This document shows positions 9,136 through 17,219 of a stretch of 64,000 nucleotides of DNA, in pieces. Below the pieces are notes generated by a model. That model was not told the origin of the DNA, ran no database searches, and saw nothing but the letters and a program-made list of their open reading frames with translations. The position numbers and the translations under genes were made by a program. Source of the stretch: an uncultured Phycisphaeraceae bacterium (GTDB lineage: Bacteria > Planctomycetota > B15-G4 > JADJEK01); the NCBI GenBank assembly GCA_964649825.1, contig CAZYQW010000032.1:7877-71876 (forward strand), written 5' to 3'. Positions within the stretch are counted from its first letter, which is position 1. Each line of letters begins with the position of its first letter.

Positions 9136-10094
9136 CGCACCTCGCCGTCCGGGTGCTTTCGGTAGGCGAACTTCGCGATCGTCGCGAGCGTCTCGAGCTG
9201 CTTCTTCTCCGACTTCTCCCGCTTGTCCAGCGCGCGCAGCAGGTCGAGGTACTCTGCCTGTCCGGGCGGCGAGAGACCGCGCTCGCGCACGCCGCGGCGG
9301 TCGTCGACGAGGAGCTCGGCCGCCCGCTCGAGAACCGTCGTCTTCATCTTCGCGAAGTGCGCGGCGCCGCGCTTCACGAGATGCTCGATCAGCTTGGCGT
9401 CGTCGTCCGGGAGCCCGAGCTGCAGCACGAGGCAGCGGCGCAGGAACGCGTCCGGCAGCGCGCGCTCCTCGTTCGTCGTGACCACCACGAGCGGATCGGT
9501 CATGGCCACGATCGGGTCGGCGCGGTCAGGGACGGGAAACGAGCCGTTGCCGAGCGCCTCGAGCAGCCCGTTCGGCACGTCGACGTCCGCCTTGTCGATC
9601 TCGTCGAGGAGGAGGACGACACCGTTCTTCGAATCGCACTCGGGATGCGGCGGCGCCGGCTCCCGCCCGAGCTTGTACTTCTTCGCCTCGTCCCAATCGA
9701 ACGCCCAGAAGAGCGGCCCGGGCCGCAGGAACTTCGCGTGGTCGAGCAGCTCGTGGACGCTCGCGTCGCCCGCCCGCAGCGCCCCGAGCACCTGCGCCTG
9801 CGCCAGCCGCTCGACCGTGTCGACGGTGTAGAGGAGGTCGCGCGCCTCGGTCCGCGCATCGATCACCTTCGCGACGAACGCACGTCGCATCGCGACGGCC
9901 GCCGCCCGCGCGAGCTGACTCTTGCCCGTGCCCGGCTCGCCGCGCAGCAACAGCGGCCGCCCCGCCGCGATCGCCGTGTTGACGGCGTGGACGTGGTCCG
10001 CCTCGAAGACGTGGACCTGGCGGTGGAGCCCGCCGCAGGCGGGGAGTTCTTCGACGTCGCCGGCGGCGCGGTCGAGGTACGGAGAATGGGTCAA
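9132..10094 (-). CDS. MoxR-like AAA+ ATPase (AAA_3/AAA_5 type), 320 aa.
   Basis: Walker A LLLRGEPGTGKSQLARA, Walker B VVLLLDEIDKA, sensor region PLVVVTTNEE...LPDAFLRRCLVLQL. A 3-nt gap to the upstream TIR gene and a 4-nt overlap with the downstream gene indicate an operon. Confidence 0.85.
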   Translation of the reverse strand: MTHSPYLDRAAGDVEELPACGGLHRQVHVFEADHVHAVNTAIAAGRPLLLRGEPGTGKSQLARAAAVAMRRAFVAKVIDARTEARDLLYTVDTVERLAQAQVLGALRAGDASVHELLDHAKFLRPGPLFWAFDWDEAKKYKLGREPAPPHPECDSKNGVVLLLDEIDKADVDVPNGLLEALGNGSFPVPDRADPIVAMTDPLVVVTTNEERALPDAFLRRCLVLQLGLPDDDAKLIEHLVKRGAAHFAKMKTTVLERAAELLVDDRRGVRERGLSPPGQAEYLDLLRALDKREKSEKKQLETLATIAKFAYRKHPDGEVR

Positions 10095-10097
10095 GGG

Positions 10098-11363
10098 TCA
10101 CTCCACGTCGTCGATGAGTTGCTTCAGAAGGTCGGCGACCCGATGGTCGTCCACCGACGAAGTGCCGCAAAGCTCGAGGATCGTCAGATCCTTGAGACGC
10201 GTTCGGATCGCGCTGATCTGCTCGAGGCAGTAGGATCGCGTCTTCTCGTCCATCGCTCCCGATTCGAAAACGATGTACCACGGTCGATCGGTGTCTGTGC
10301 GGTTCGCGATCGCCGCATTGATCTTGTCGAGGTTGGTTTCGCCCCCGAGCCCGATGGACTTGGCCAGGTGTTCGGTCACGTGATCGGCCAGGTTGTCGAT
10401 TCCGGACTCGACGCCGCGGAACGTCAAGTTCCACGGGCTCCTGTCGTAGCGCAGGTTGCCGTAATTCGTCTCACCAACGGGGAGTTTCCCGGGCAGCGCA
10501 CGGAGGGATGCGTCTTTCCCATGAGCAGCGGCGAGAAAGCCCTCCGCTACAGTCTCGGACGGGGTCGGAAGGGCGACCATCAGGTGTCCCCGCGCAATAT
10601 GTTGCCGCAGTTCGTCCACCCCGGCCTCGTCGCACTGGGTCGGGAGGAGCATCAACGCGATCGCCCTCAGGTTGCGACAACAGCGAACGATGTCTTCGCT
10701 CATGCTCGGGAGTCCGTTACGCACCTTGACCAGCGCGATCAGGCTTTCACGCAGCGACTGCCCGAGCAGGCTCTCTACGACCATCCGACAACGCTGGTCC
10801 CGGTTCGCCGCCTCGTACTTTGGCTCCCGGCGATCGAACGCGGTCCAGATCGCATCGTAGAGGTTGCTTGACATAACCAAGCCGATGAGACGCTGCCTGA
10901 CCCGTTCGAGCGCAGCGGCACGCTCGGGTGTACTCTCTTCGCCCTTTGGAGACGCACCTTTCGCACGCTGGGCCACGAGCTTCTTCACGGCTGACAGTAC
11001 GTCGGCTCCGATGTCGCCCTTGCGGTGCAGCGCGACTGCTGCGCGCAGGTATTGCGGCACGTTCCGCGGGGGTTTCTTCACCACGAAAACCGGCAACACG
11101 AACCCCGACGGATGAGGCCAGCGCGACTCAGCCTGGTCCAACTCGGACAGCGAGTAGTTTCCCGTGGCCACGGAGTGCTGGCTGATCAGGAACACGAATA
11201 CGTGGCACCGCTCGATCTCCGCACTGATGAGCGAGTCGTAGTCGAGTCCCGCGAGCAAGCTCGTACGGTCAAAGAAAGTCGTATATCCCGCGCCGGTCAG
11301 CGCGTAGTGAATCCGCTCAGCATCGGACTTGTCTTCGCTCGCATGGCAGATGAACACGTGCAC
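10098..11363 (-). CDS. TIR-domain protein, 421 aa. N-terminal TIR domain: MHVFICHASEDKSDAERIHYALTGAGYTTFFDRTSLLAGLDYDSLISAEIERCHVFVFLISQHS. The C-terminal ~280 aa are of unknown function.
   Basis: Classic bacterial TIR_2 start (VFISHASEDK-like) with conserved acidic/Ser positions. It is the first gene of the three-gene minus-strand operon. Confidence 0.85.
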   Translation of the reverse strand: MHVFICHASEDKSDAERIHYALTGAGYTTFFDRTSLLAGLDYDSLISAEIERCHVFVFLISQHSVATGNYSLSELDQAESRWPHPSGFVLPVFVVKKPPRNVPQYLRAAVALHRKGDIGADVLSAVKKLVAQRAKGASPKGEESTPERAAALERVRQRLIGLVMSSNLYDAIWTAFDRREPKYEAANRDQRCRMVVESLLGQSLRESLIALVKVRNGLPSMSEDIVRCCRNLRAIALMLLPTQCDEAGVDELRQHIARGHLMVALPTPSETVAEGFLAAAHGKDASLRALPGKLPVGETNYGNLRYDRSPWNLTFRGVESGIDNLADHVTEHLAKSIGLGGETNLDKINAAIANRTDTDRPWYIVFESGAMDEKTRSYCLEQISAIRTRLKDLTILELCGTSSVDDHRVADLLKQLIDDVE

Positions 11364-11496
11364 GCGCGGAGCCTACCCCGCCCCGACCCGCGCGATCCAG
11401 TCAGGAACCGCCGAACCCCTCCCGCTCCCGCGTCGAGAACCGTGCCGTGCCCCCCCAACCGGCGGGATCAACCCGTCTTCGGTCGAACGCGGTTCT

Positions 11497-12072
11497 TCAC
11501 GAAGACGACGCTCGGCGCCGTTCCCAACGCTCCAGTCGCACGAAGGCGAAGAACGCGATCACGGCGAGCAGCGCCATGTACCACCAAGGGGACAGTCCGC
11601 TCGCGGTGGCCCACGTCGCCTTGCCGAGGTCGCCGACTCCCATCACGTGCGCCTGGACCCACGCGTGCGACTCCGCGTAGAGCGCGGCGCCCACGAGCAT
11701 CCCGAGCACTCCGGGAATCGCGTGACGCGAGCCGTCGCCCATCGCGGCCACGCCCGTGCCGGGACAGTAGCCGAGCACGGCCATCCCGACTCCGAAGATG
11801 ATGCCGCCGGACGCATTCGCCAGCAGGTGGGCGGCCTTGACGTGGAGGGTCTCGAGCAGACCGACCTGCACCATTCCGTAGATGCCGACTCCGCCGACGA
11901 GGATCGCGGTGAGCATCACCTTTGCAACCGTGAAGTCCTCGAGGAGGAACTGCTCCACGATCACGCGAAAACGCGTCACGCCTCCTTTCTGCAGCAGGAA
12001 GCCGAACACGAAACCGGTCAGAGCGCCGAGGAGGAGGACCTGGGGAGCCGCGAAGAAATCGGAGTCAAACAT
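11497..12072 (-). CDS. YeeE/YedE-family membrane protein, half-size (thiosulfate/sulfur-compound transporter family).
   Basis: TM-rich MFDSDFFAAPQVLLLGALTGFVFGFLLQKGGVTRF... Tandem with a second half-size paralog; start at an internal ATG (12072) overlapping the upstream gene by 8 nt. Confidence 0.8.
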   Translation of the reverse strand: MFDSDFFAAPQVLLLGALTGFVFGFLLQKGGVTRFRVIVEQFLLEDFTVAKVMLTAILVGGVGIYGMVQVGLLETLHVKAAHLLANASGGIIFGVGMAVLGYCPGTGVAAMGDGSRHAIPGVLGMLVGAALYAESHAWVQAHVMGVGDLGKATWATASGLSPWWYMALLAVIAFFAFVRLERWERRRASSS

Positions 12073-12619
12073 GGCGACGACCTTTCGTCCCGCCCTTTGT
12101 CCCATAGATGAGGAACGCCGTCACGATCCCCGACGCGAACATGGACGCGAGGAACGTCCAGGACGAGATCGCGAGCTGGAGCGACCCCGAGATGCCGTGT
12201 CCGGACGTGCATCCGCCCGCGAGCCGGGCGCCGAACAACAGGATCGCTCCGCCCAGGAACGCGCCGGCGTACCGTTTCCCGCGGCTTGGGCCGAAGCGGG
12301 CCGCCCACAGATCGGGGACGTGCTCGCGATGCGACGAGCGCGCCAGCCGCGCGGCGACGAACGAGCCGAAGAACAGCATCACGACGAGCGCCGCCTGCCA
12401 ATCGAAGGCCGGATCCTTGGCCAGGTGCTGCGCGAAGTACGGGTTCGCTCGGACGTGGTCGGGCGCGACGACCGCCTCGATGACGCCCGCCGCGCGCACC
12501 ATGGTGGTCGAGGTGCCGAGCGTCTCGTCCATGAACAGGAACGTGATCCAGGAGAGAACGCCGATACCCGCCCCGACGAGGTAAGGCGACCAGCGAGGTT
12601 TCTCGAGCCATGTCGACAT
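12065..12619 (-). CDS. YeeE/YedE-family membrane protein, half-size, with the GGCTSGHG signature.
   Basis: Motif LAGGCTSGHGISG plus multiple TM segments. Confidence 0.8.
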   Translation of the reverse strand: MSTWLEKPRWSPYLVGAGIGVLSWITFLFMDETLGTSTTMVRAAGVIEAVVAPDHVRANPYFAQHLAKDPAFDWQAALVVMLFFGSFVAARLARSSHREHVPDLWAARFGPSRGKRYAGAFLGGAILLFGARLAGGCTSGHGISGSLQLAISSWTFLASMFASGIVTAFLIYGTKGGTKGRRHV

Positions 12620-12944
12620 TGGGCCTGCGTTTCCGAAATGGGTCGGCCGGACCGGACACGCCGGCGCAAAAGGCGTTCCCGGACGCGATCGGGACGACGG
12701 GGGCGACGCATCACCGGGGGCGTCGGTCCAGTGCGGTCCGAACGAGGCGACATCGTGGAAACGAGCCGGAACGATTCCGCAGTCGCCGCGAAAGGTTCAC
12801 CACTCGGGCCGCTCACGCGGCCGGTGGCGGCGCGGGCCCGGGCGGGTTCCCGCTTCTGGGTCGAGCGAGGTATGGAGTTTGCTTTCCGGTCCTGCGGCGC
12901 GCGACGAGCGCGAAGGAAACTCGAAGTACGAGGAGAACCAAACC

Positions 12945-13385
12945 ATGAAACTCATTCCCCGAAACGAACCTCAGTCGATGGCGAAGCTGCAGGACCGCAT
13001 GAACCGCCTGTTCGAGAACTTCTTCGACGGAGACCACTGGCCGGTGGCTCGCGAAGGATTCGTCCCGGCCGTGGACGTGGTGGATACCGACGAGAAGCTC
13101 GTCGTGAAGGTGGAGCTCCCCGGAGTGGACCCGAAGGACATCGATGTCTCGGTGCACGACAACGTGCTCACCATCCGGGGTGAAAAGAAGTCCGAGCGCG
13201 AGGAGAAGGAGAAGGCGTGGCACCTGCGGGAGTCGACCTACGGCAGCTTCAGTCGGTCGATGACGCTCCCGCCCTCCGTGAACGCGGACAAGATCGAAGC
13301 GACGTGCGCGGCGGGCGTGCTGACGTTGTCGCTGCCGAAGTCACCGACGACCAAGCCGCGCCAGATCTCCGTCAAGACGAAGTGA
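12945..13385 (+). CDS. hsp20: Hsp20/alpha-crystallin-family small heat-shock protein.
   Basis: MKLIPRNEPQS...FVPAVDVVDTDEKLVVKVELPGVDPKDIDVSVHDNVLTIRGEKK...GSFSRSMTLP is the canonical ACD. GGAG RBS 8 nt upstream. A hairpin (ccggggctc...gagccccgg) follows the stop. Confidence 0.9.
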   Translation: MKLIPRNEPQSMAKLQDRMNRLFENFFDGDHWPVAREGFVPAVDVVDTDEKLVVKVELPGVDPKDIDVSVHDNVLTIRGEKKSEREEKEKAWHLRESTYGSFSRSMTLPPSVNADKIEATCAAGVLTLSLPKSPTTKPRQISVKTK

Positions 13386-13532
13386 TCGGTCGGGATCGAA
13401 CCGGGGCTCCTCGAGGAGGAGAGCCCCGGAGGCGACCCCGTTGATCGACTCCCCGGACTTGCTGGATTCCTGGACGCGCGGGGCCGAACCGCTATCCTCG
13501 TTCCTGCCCCATTCCTCCAGCCCCCCGGACGC

Positions 13533-14894
13533 GTGAACCGGAAAGCCCACGCATTCTCGACGCTCCTGCTCCTCGCGGCCCTCTCGACGTGCTCCTCCCG
13601 CGACGACGCCACCGGTCCGAACCTGGTCATCGTGACGCTCGACACGTTTCGCGTCGATCGGGTCGGCACGTTCGGGAACGAGGACGGGCTCACGCCGAAC
13701 CTCGATCGAATCGCGGAGGAGGCGACGCGGTTCCCGCGGGCGCTGACGCCGATCGGGACGACGCATCCGGCGCACGCGAGCCTGTTCACGGGGCTCTATC
13801 CGGGCGAGCACGGGGTCCGCTTCAACGGCGACGTGCTGGACGACGACGTGACGACGCTGGCCGAGCTGCTCCGCGACGCCGGCTACCGGACCGCGGCGTT
13901 CGTCGCGAAGAAGAACATGATCGTGCGCGGGGGCCTGCAGCAGGGCTTCGACGTGCGCAGCGACGACGCGCCGGACGGCGGTCCGAGGATCCGGCCGGGC
14001 GACGCGGTCAACGAGCTGGCGCTCGACTGGCTCGACGCCGCCGGCGACGGGCCGTTCTTCCTGTGGGTGCATTACTTCGAGACGCACACGCCGCTGCGGA
14101 ACACGACGTACGCGCGCGAGCGGCTCGGCCGCTACGACGGTCCGCTCAAGAACGGCGCCCCGACCGAGCTCGTCTACGACCTCGGCACCGACCGGCTCCC
14201 TGACACGCCCGCGAACCGTCGCGCGCTCGCGATGCTCTACGACGGCGAGGTCCTCGAGGCGGATCGCCTCGTCGGCGACGTCTACGCGAAGCTCCGCGCG
14301 CTCGGCCGGCTCGACGACACGATCGTCGTCGTCGCGGCCGACCACGGTGAACTCCTCGGCGAGCACGGCGAGGTCGGACACGGCTTCCACGTGCTCGAGC
14401 CGGTGCTGCGGGTGCCGCTGATGATCCGCGAACCGAAGCAGACGGAACCGCGCGACGTCGAACGCCGGGTGTCCCTCGTCGACGTCCTCCCCACCCTCGC
14501 CGAGCTGCTCGGGCTTCCGCCCCCGGAGACATCGGGTCGCTCGCTCGTCCGGCTGCTCCGCGGTCACGTCGGGCCCCCCGTCCCCTACTTCGCGAGCGTG
14601 CGCGCTCCGAACGTGAAGCGCGGCGGCGCCGCTCGTGGTCAGGACGTCCAGACGGTCGCCGTCTACCGCGATCGCTTCAAGCTCGTCCTCACGAGCGAGC
14701 GCGCCGACCTCTTCGACCTCTCCGACGATCCCGGCGAGTTCACGCCATTGACCGGAGAAGCGGCGGCGGCGGTCCGCGAGAAGCTCCTCCCGCTCGCCCT
14801 GGAGCACCGCCGGCGCGAGCGACCGGACGCCTCGCCGATCGCCCTGCCGGCCGACGTCCTCGAGGAGCTGCGCGAGCAGGGGTACATTCGCTGA
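13533..14894 (+). CDS. Sulfatase-like hydrolase/transferase of the alkaline-phosphatase superfamily with an N-terminal signal peptide. At the nucleophile position it has Gly/Thr-Thr-His (PIGTTHPAHASLFTG) rather than the Cys/Ser-x-Pro-x-Arg formylglycine motif.
   Basis: LVIVTLDTFRVDRVG...TPNLDRIAEE...LFTGLYP...AADHGE... matches the sulfatase (PF00884-like) fold. GTG start. Confidence 0.8.
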   Translation: MNRKAHAFSTLLLLAALSTCSSRDDATGPNLVIVTLDTFRVDRVGTFGNEDGLTPNLDRIAEEATRFPRALTPIGTTHPAHASLFTGLYPGEHGVRFNGDVLDDDVTTLAELLRDAGYRTAAFVAKKNMIVRGGLQQGFDVRSDDAPDGGPRIRPGDAVNELALDWLDAAGDGPFFLWVHYFETHTPLRNTTYARERLGRYDGPLKNGAPTELVYDLGTDRLPDTPANRRALAMLYDGEVLEADRLVGDVYAKLRALGRLDDTIVVVAADHGELLGEHGEVGHGFHVLEPVLRVPLMIREPKQTEPRDVERRVSLVDVLPTLAELLGLPPPETSGRSLVRLLRGHVGPPVPYFASVRAPNVKRGGAARGQDVQTVAVYRDRFKLVLTSERADLFDLSDDPGEFTPLTGEAAAAVREKLLPLALEHRRRERPDASPIALPADVLEELREQGYIR

Positions 14895-15012
14895 CGCCTG
14901 TGGCGACCCATCTTACGACTCCTCCCGCCTGACCCGTTGTCGTGGGTCAGAATCTGGAATAGACTCGCACTGCCGTTCCAAGCCTTCTCCTCTCTCCCAG
15001 GTGGAGCTCCCT

Positions 15013-16911
15013 ATGCAGCGTTCTCTCCCGATCGCCGGGCTGGCGATCCTCTGTTTTTCGACGACGCCGGCCACGGCCCAGCAGTTCACGGTCGACGGGA
15101 CGGCGCTTCCCGCGCAGAACATCTGGACCGACGGCGTCGCCTTCTCCGACGTCGACATGGACGGCTTCGTCGACATCCTGTTTGCCAATGGACAGGGTTA
15201 CGGCTCGGGCGGCGCCCTCCAGCAGCACCTCTTCATGAACCACTCGGGAGGAGTTCCCGGGAAGTTCTCCGCCGCGCACGGCAACCTGAACGTCGCCAAC
15301 TTCAACGCGAAGATGGTGATCGCCGAGGACTTCGACAACGACGGCGACCCCGACCTGATGTACGCGCCCGAGGGCCAGTTCCCGAGCCCCAACCAGACCC
15401 CGCGCATGCTGATCAACGACGGCACGGGGATGTTCGCCGATCAATCGGCGGCGCGGCTGCCGGCGGCCGGAATGGCCTCGTTCTGCGTCTGCGCCGGTGA
15501 CACGGACGACGACGGCGACCTCGACGTGGTCTTCACCGACGGAGCGACGTTCGGCGGCGTCGCGACGCAGGCGCGCCTGTACCAGAACAACGGCTCCGGC
15601 GTGTTCAGCAACGTGACCACGACGGCCCTCCCGGCCGACACGTACAACGCGCAGGACGTCACGCTCATCGACTGGGACAAGGACTTCGACCTCGACATCG
15701 CCCTGTCGGGCAAGGGCGCCACCAACAAGCGCGCGCGTCTCTATCTGAACAACGGCGCGGGGGTCTTCAGCATCTCGAACGCGCTCAACGCCCTCGGCAG
15801 CGGCGGTACGTACGAGATCGACTCCGGCGACCTCGACGGCGACGGCGATCCGGACGCGCTCACGCAGTCGATCTCGGGCTCGAGCGAGGGCTGGGGACGC
15901 AACGACGGCCCGACGACGACCGTCCCCGAGTTCACCTTCCCGTCCCCGAACGGCGACGACGACAACGAGATGGCCGGCCTCGACTACGACAACGACGGCG
16001 ACGTCGACGTCTTCGTCGGCTCGCTCGGGAACCGCGAGAAGGCGTATCGCAACAACGGCGGTGGATCGTTCACGAACGTGAACTCGATCATCCAGGCGCA
16101 GGACGACTCGACCCTCGACTTCGGGTTCGCGGACCTCGACAACGACGGCGACTACGACATGGTCACCGGTCAGGGCGAGTCGGGGAACTTCACGAACAAG
16201 GTCTACAAGAACGCTGGTCCGCGCGACAGTCAGCCACCGCGGCTCCTGGCGCTGCAGACGGCGCCGCCGCTCGCCGCGCCGCGGACGCCGTTCCACGTCA
16301 CCCTCCAGGACGCGATCGTCGACGACGGCAAGAGCTACCTGACGGTCGAGTACATCTTCGCGACCGACGATGGCGCAAACAGCACGTCGGGCAGCGGAAC
16401 CGCGCGCCACTCGGGCGGCGGCACGTTCCGTGCGCAGGTCGACACGCAGCTCAGCGTCAACTCGATCTCGCTGGCGTGGATCGCGCGCGATCCGGGTGGC
16501 AACGCGTCGGCGTTCGGGTCGGTCTCGGCCGGCGCGCCGAGCGCGTACACCGACCTCGGCAACGGGCTCGAGGGTCAGCGCGGGGTGCCGGTGCTCCTCG
16601 GCGTCGGCGCGCTCAAGCCGAGCACGCCTGGAATCCTGAAGCTCACGAAGGCGCGAGCGAACTCCCCGGCGTTCCTGCTGGTCGGGACGGCGGCGGGCAA
16701 CGTTCCGTTCATGGGCGGCGTCCTGGTCCCGTTCCCGGTGATCCTGCAGGTCAACCTCGCGACGAACGCAGAGGGCGAGATCACGCTGCCGTTCGTCTGG
16801 CCGGCCGCCGTCCCCTCCGGCACGAACGTCTTCCTCCAGACGCTCATCAGCGACGCGGCCGCGGTGCAGGGGTTCGCGTTCTCGAACGGCCTGCAGATGA
16901 CGTCGCCCTGA
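15013..16911 (+). CDS. Secreted FG-GAP/VCBS-repeat (integrin-alpha-like beta-propeller) protein carrying the shared C-terminal module.
   Basis: Signal peptide MQRSLPIAGLAILCFSTTPATA. Repeated D.D.DGD.D and FG..G motifs. AGGTGGAG RBS. C-terminus ...PFMGGVLVPFPVILQ...NVFLQTLISDAAAVQGFAFSNGLQMTSP. Confidence 0.85.
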   Translation: MQRSLPIAGLAILCFSTTPATAQQFTVDGTALPAQNIWTDGVAFSDVDMDGFVDILFANGQGYGSGGALQQHLFMNHSGGVPGKFSAAHGNLNVANFNAKMVIAEDFDNDGDPDLMYAPEGQFPSPNQTPRMLINDGTGMFADQSAARLPAAGMASFCVCAGDTDDDGDLDVVFTDGATFGGVATQARLYQNNGSGVFSNVTTTALPADTYNAQDVTLIDWDKDFDLDIALSGKGATNKRARLYLNNGAGVFSISNALNALGSGGTYEIDSGDLDGDGDPDALTQSISGSSEGWGRNDGPTTTVPEFTFPSPNGDDDNEMAGLDYDNDGDVDVFVGSLGNREKAYRNNGGGSFTNVNSIIQAQDDSTLDFGFADLDNDGDYDMVTGQGESGNFTNKVYKNAGPRDSQPPRLLALQTAPPLAAPRTPFHVTLQDAIVDDGKSYLTVEYIFATDDGANSTSGSGTARHSGGGTFRAQVDTQLSVNSISLAWIARDPGGNASAFGSVSAGAPSAYTDLGNGLEGQRGVPVLLGVGALKPSTPGILKLTKARANSPAFLLVGTAAGNVPFMGGVLVPFPVILQVNLATNAEGEITLPFVWPAAVPSGTNVFLQTLISDAAAVQGFAFSNGLQMTSP

Positions 16912-16953
16912 CCCCTTTTCGGCCTTTCGGCATCACTGTCGAAGTTCCTCGAA

Positions 16954-16991
16954 GCGGCCGCCACTCCTCGCGGAGGGGCGGCCGTCTTTTT
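16954..16991 (+). terminator. Rho-independent terminator candidate: gcggccgcc-loop-ggcggccg stem followed by a TCTTTTT run.
   Basis: Direct reading ~40 nt after the stop of the FG-GAP gene. Confidence 0.55.
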
Positions 16992-17033
16992 GGGTCGAGC
17001 CCCATCCGCCGGTCCGACGGGCCGTAAGGGTTC

Positions 17034-17176
17034 GCGTAAGAATAACTTCGCATCCACGCGCAGCAATCGCCGCCGAGGGCAAGGCGCGACGACGAAGCGT
17101 ATTGGTGGATACGCTGAGGAGGAGCAACGCAGCCATCGGCGGCGAGGGCAAGCGAGATGCGAAGTTATTCTTGCGC
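17034..17176. repeat. Copy 1 of a ~150-nt structured inverted-repeat element. Outer 21-bp stem gcgtaagaataacttcgcatc / gatgcgaagttattcttgcgc. Inner 9-bp stem tcgccgccg / cggcggcga. Conserved core GGCAAGGCGCGACGACGA...GCGTATT-N-ATACG...GAGGAGGAGCAACGCAGCCA.
   Basis: Direct reading. The conserved core is shared with a second copy at 26963-27122, and the stems differ in sequence between copies while remaining complementary. Confidence 0.5.
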
Positions 17177-17219
17177 GGGCCCTAACGTGGTGGAGCTCGG
17201 ACGGACCAGGAGTCGGGTC

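Noticed and set aside
9153-10871. 572-aa plus-strand ORF opposite the AAA and TIR genes.
   Set aside because: Antisense to two genes with clear Walker and TIR motifs. Arg/Leu/Glu-rich, with no start context.
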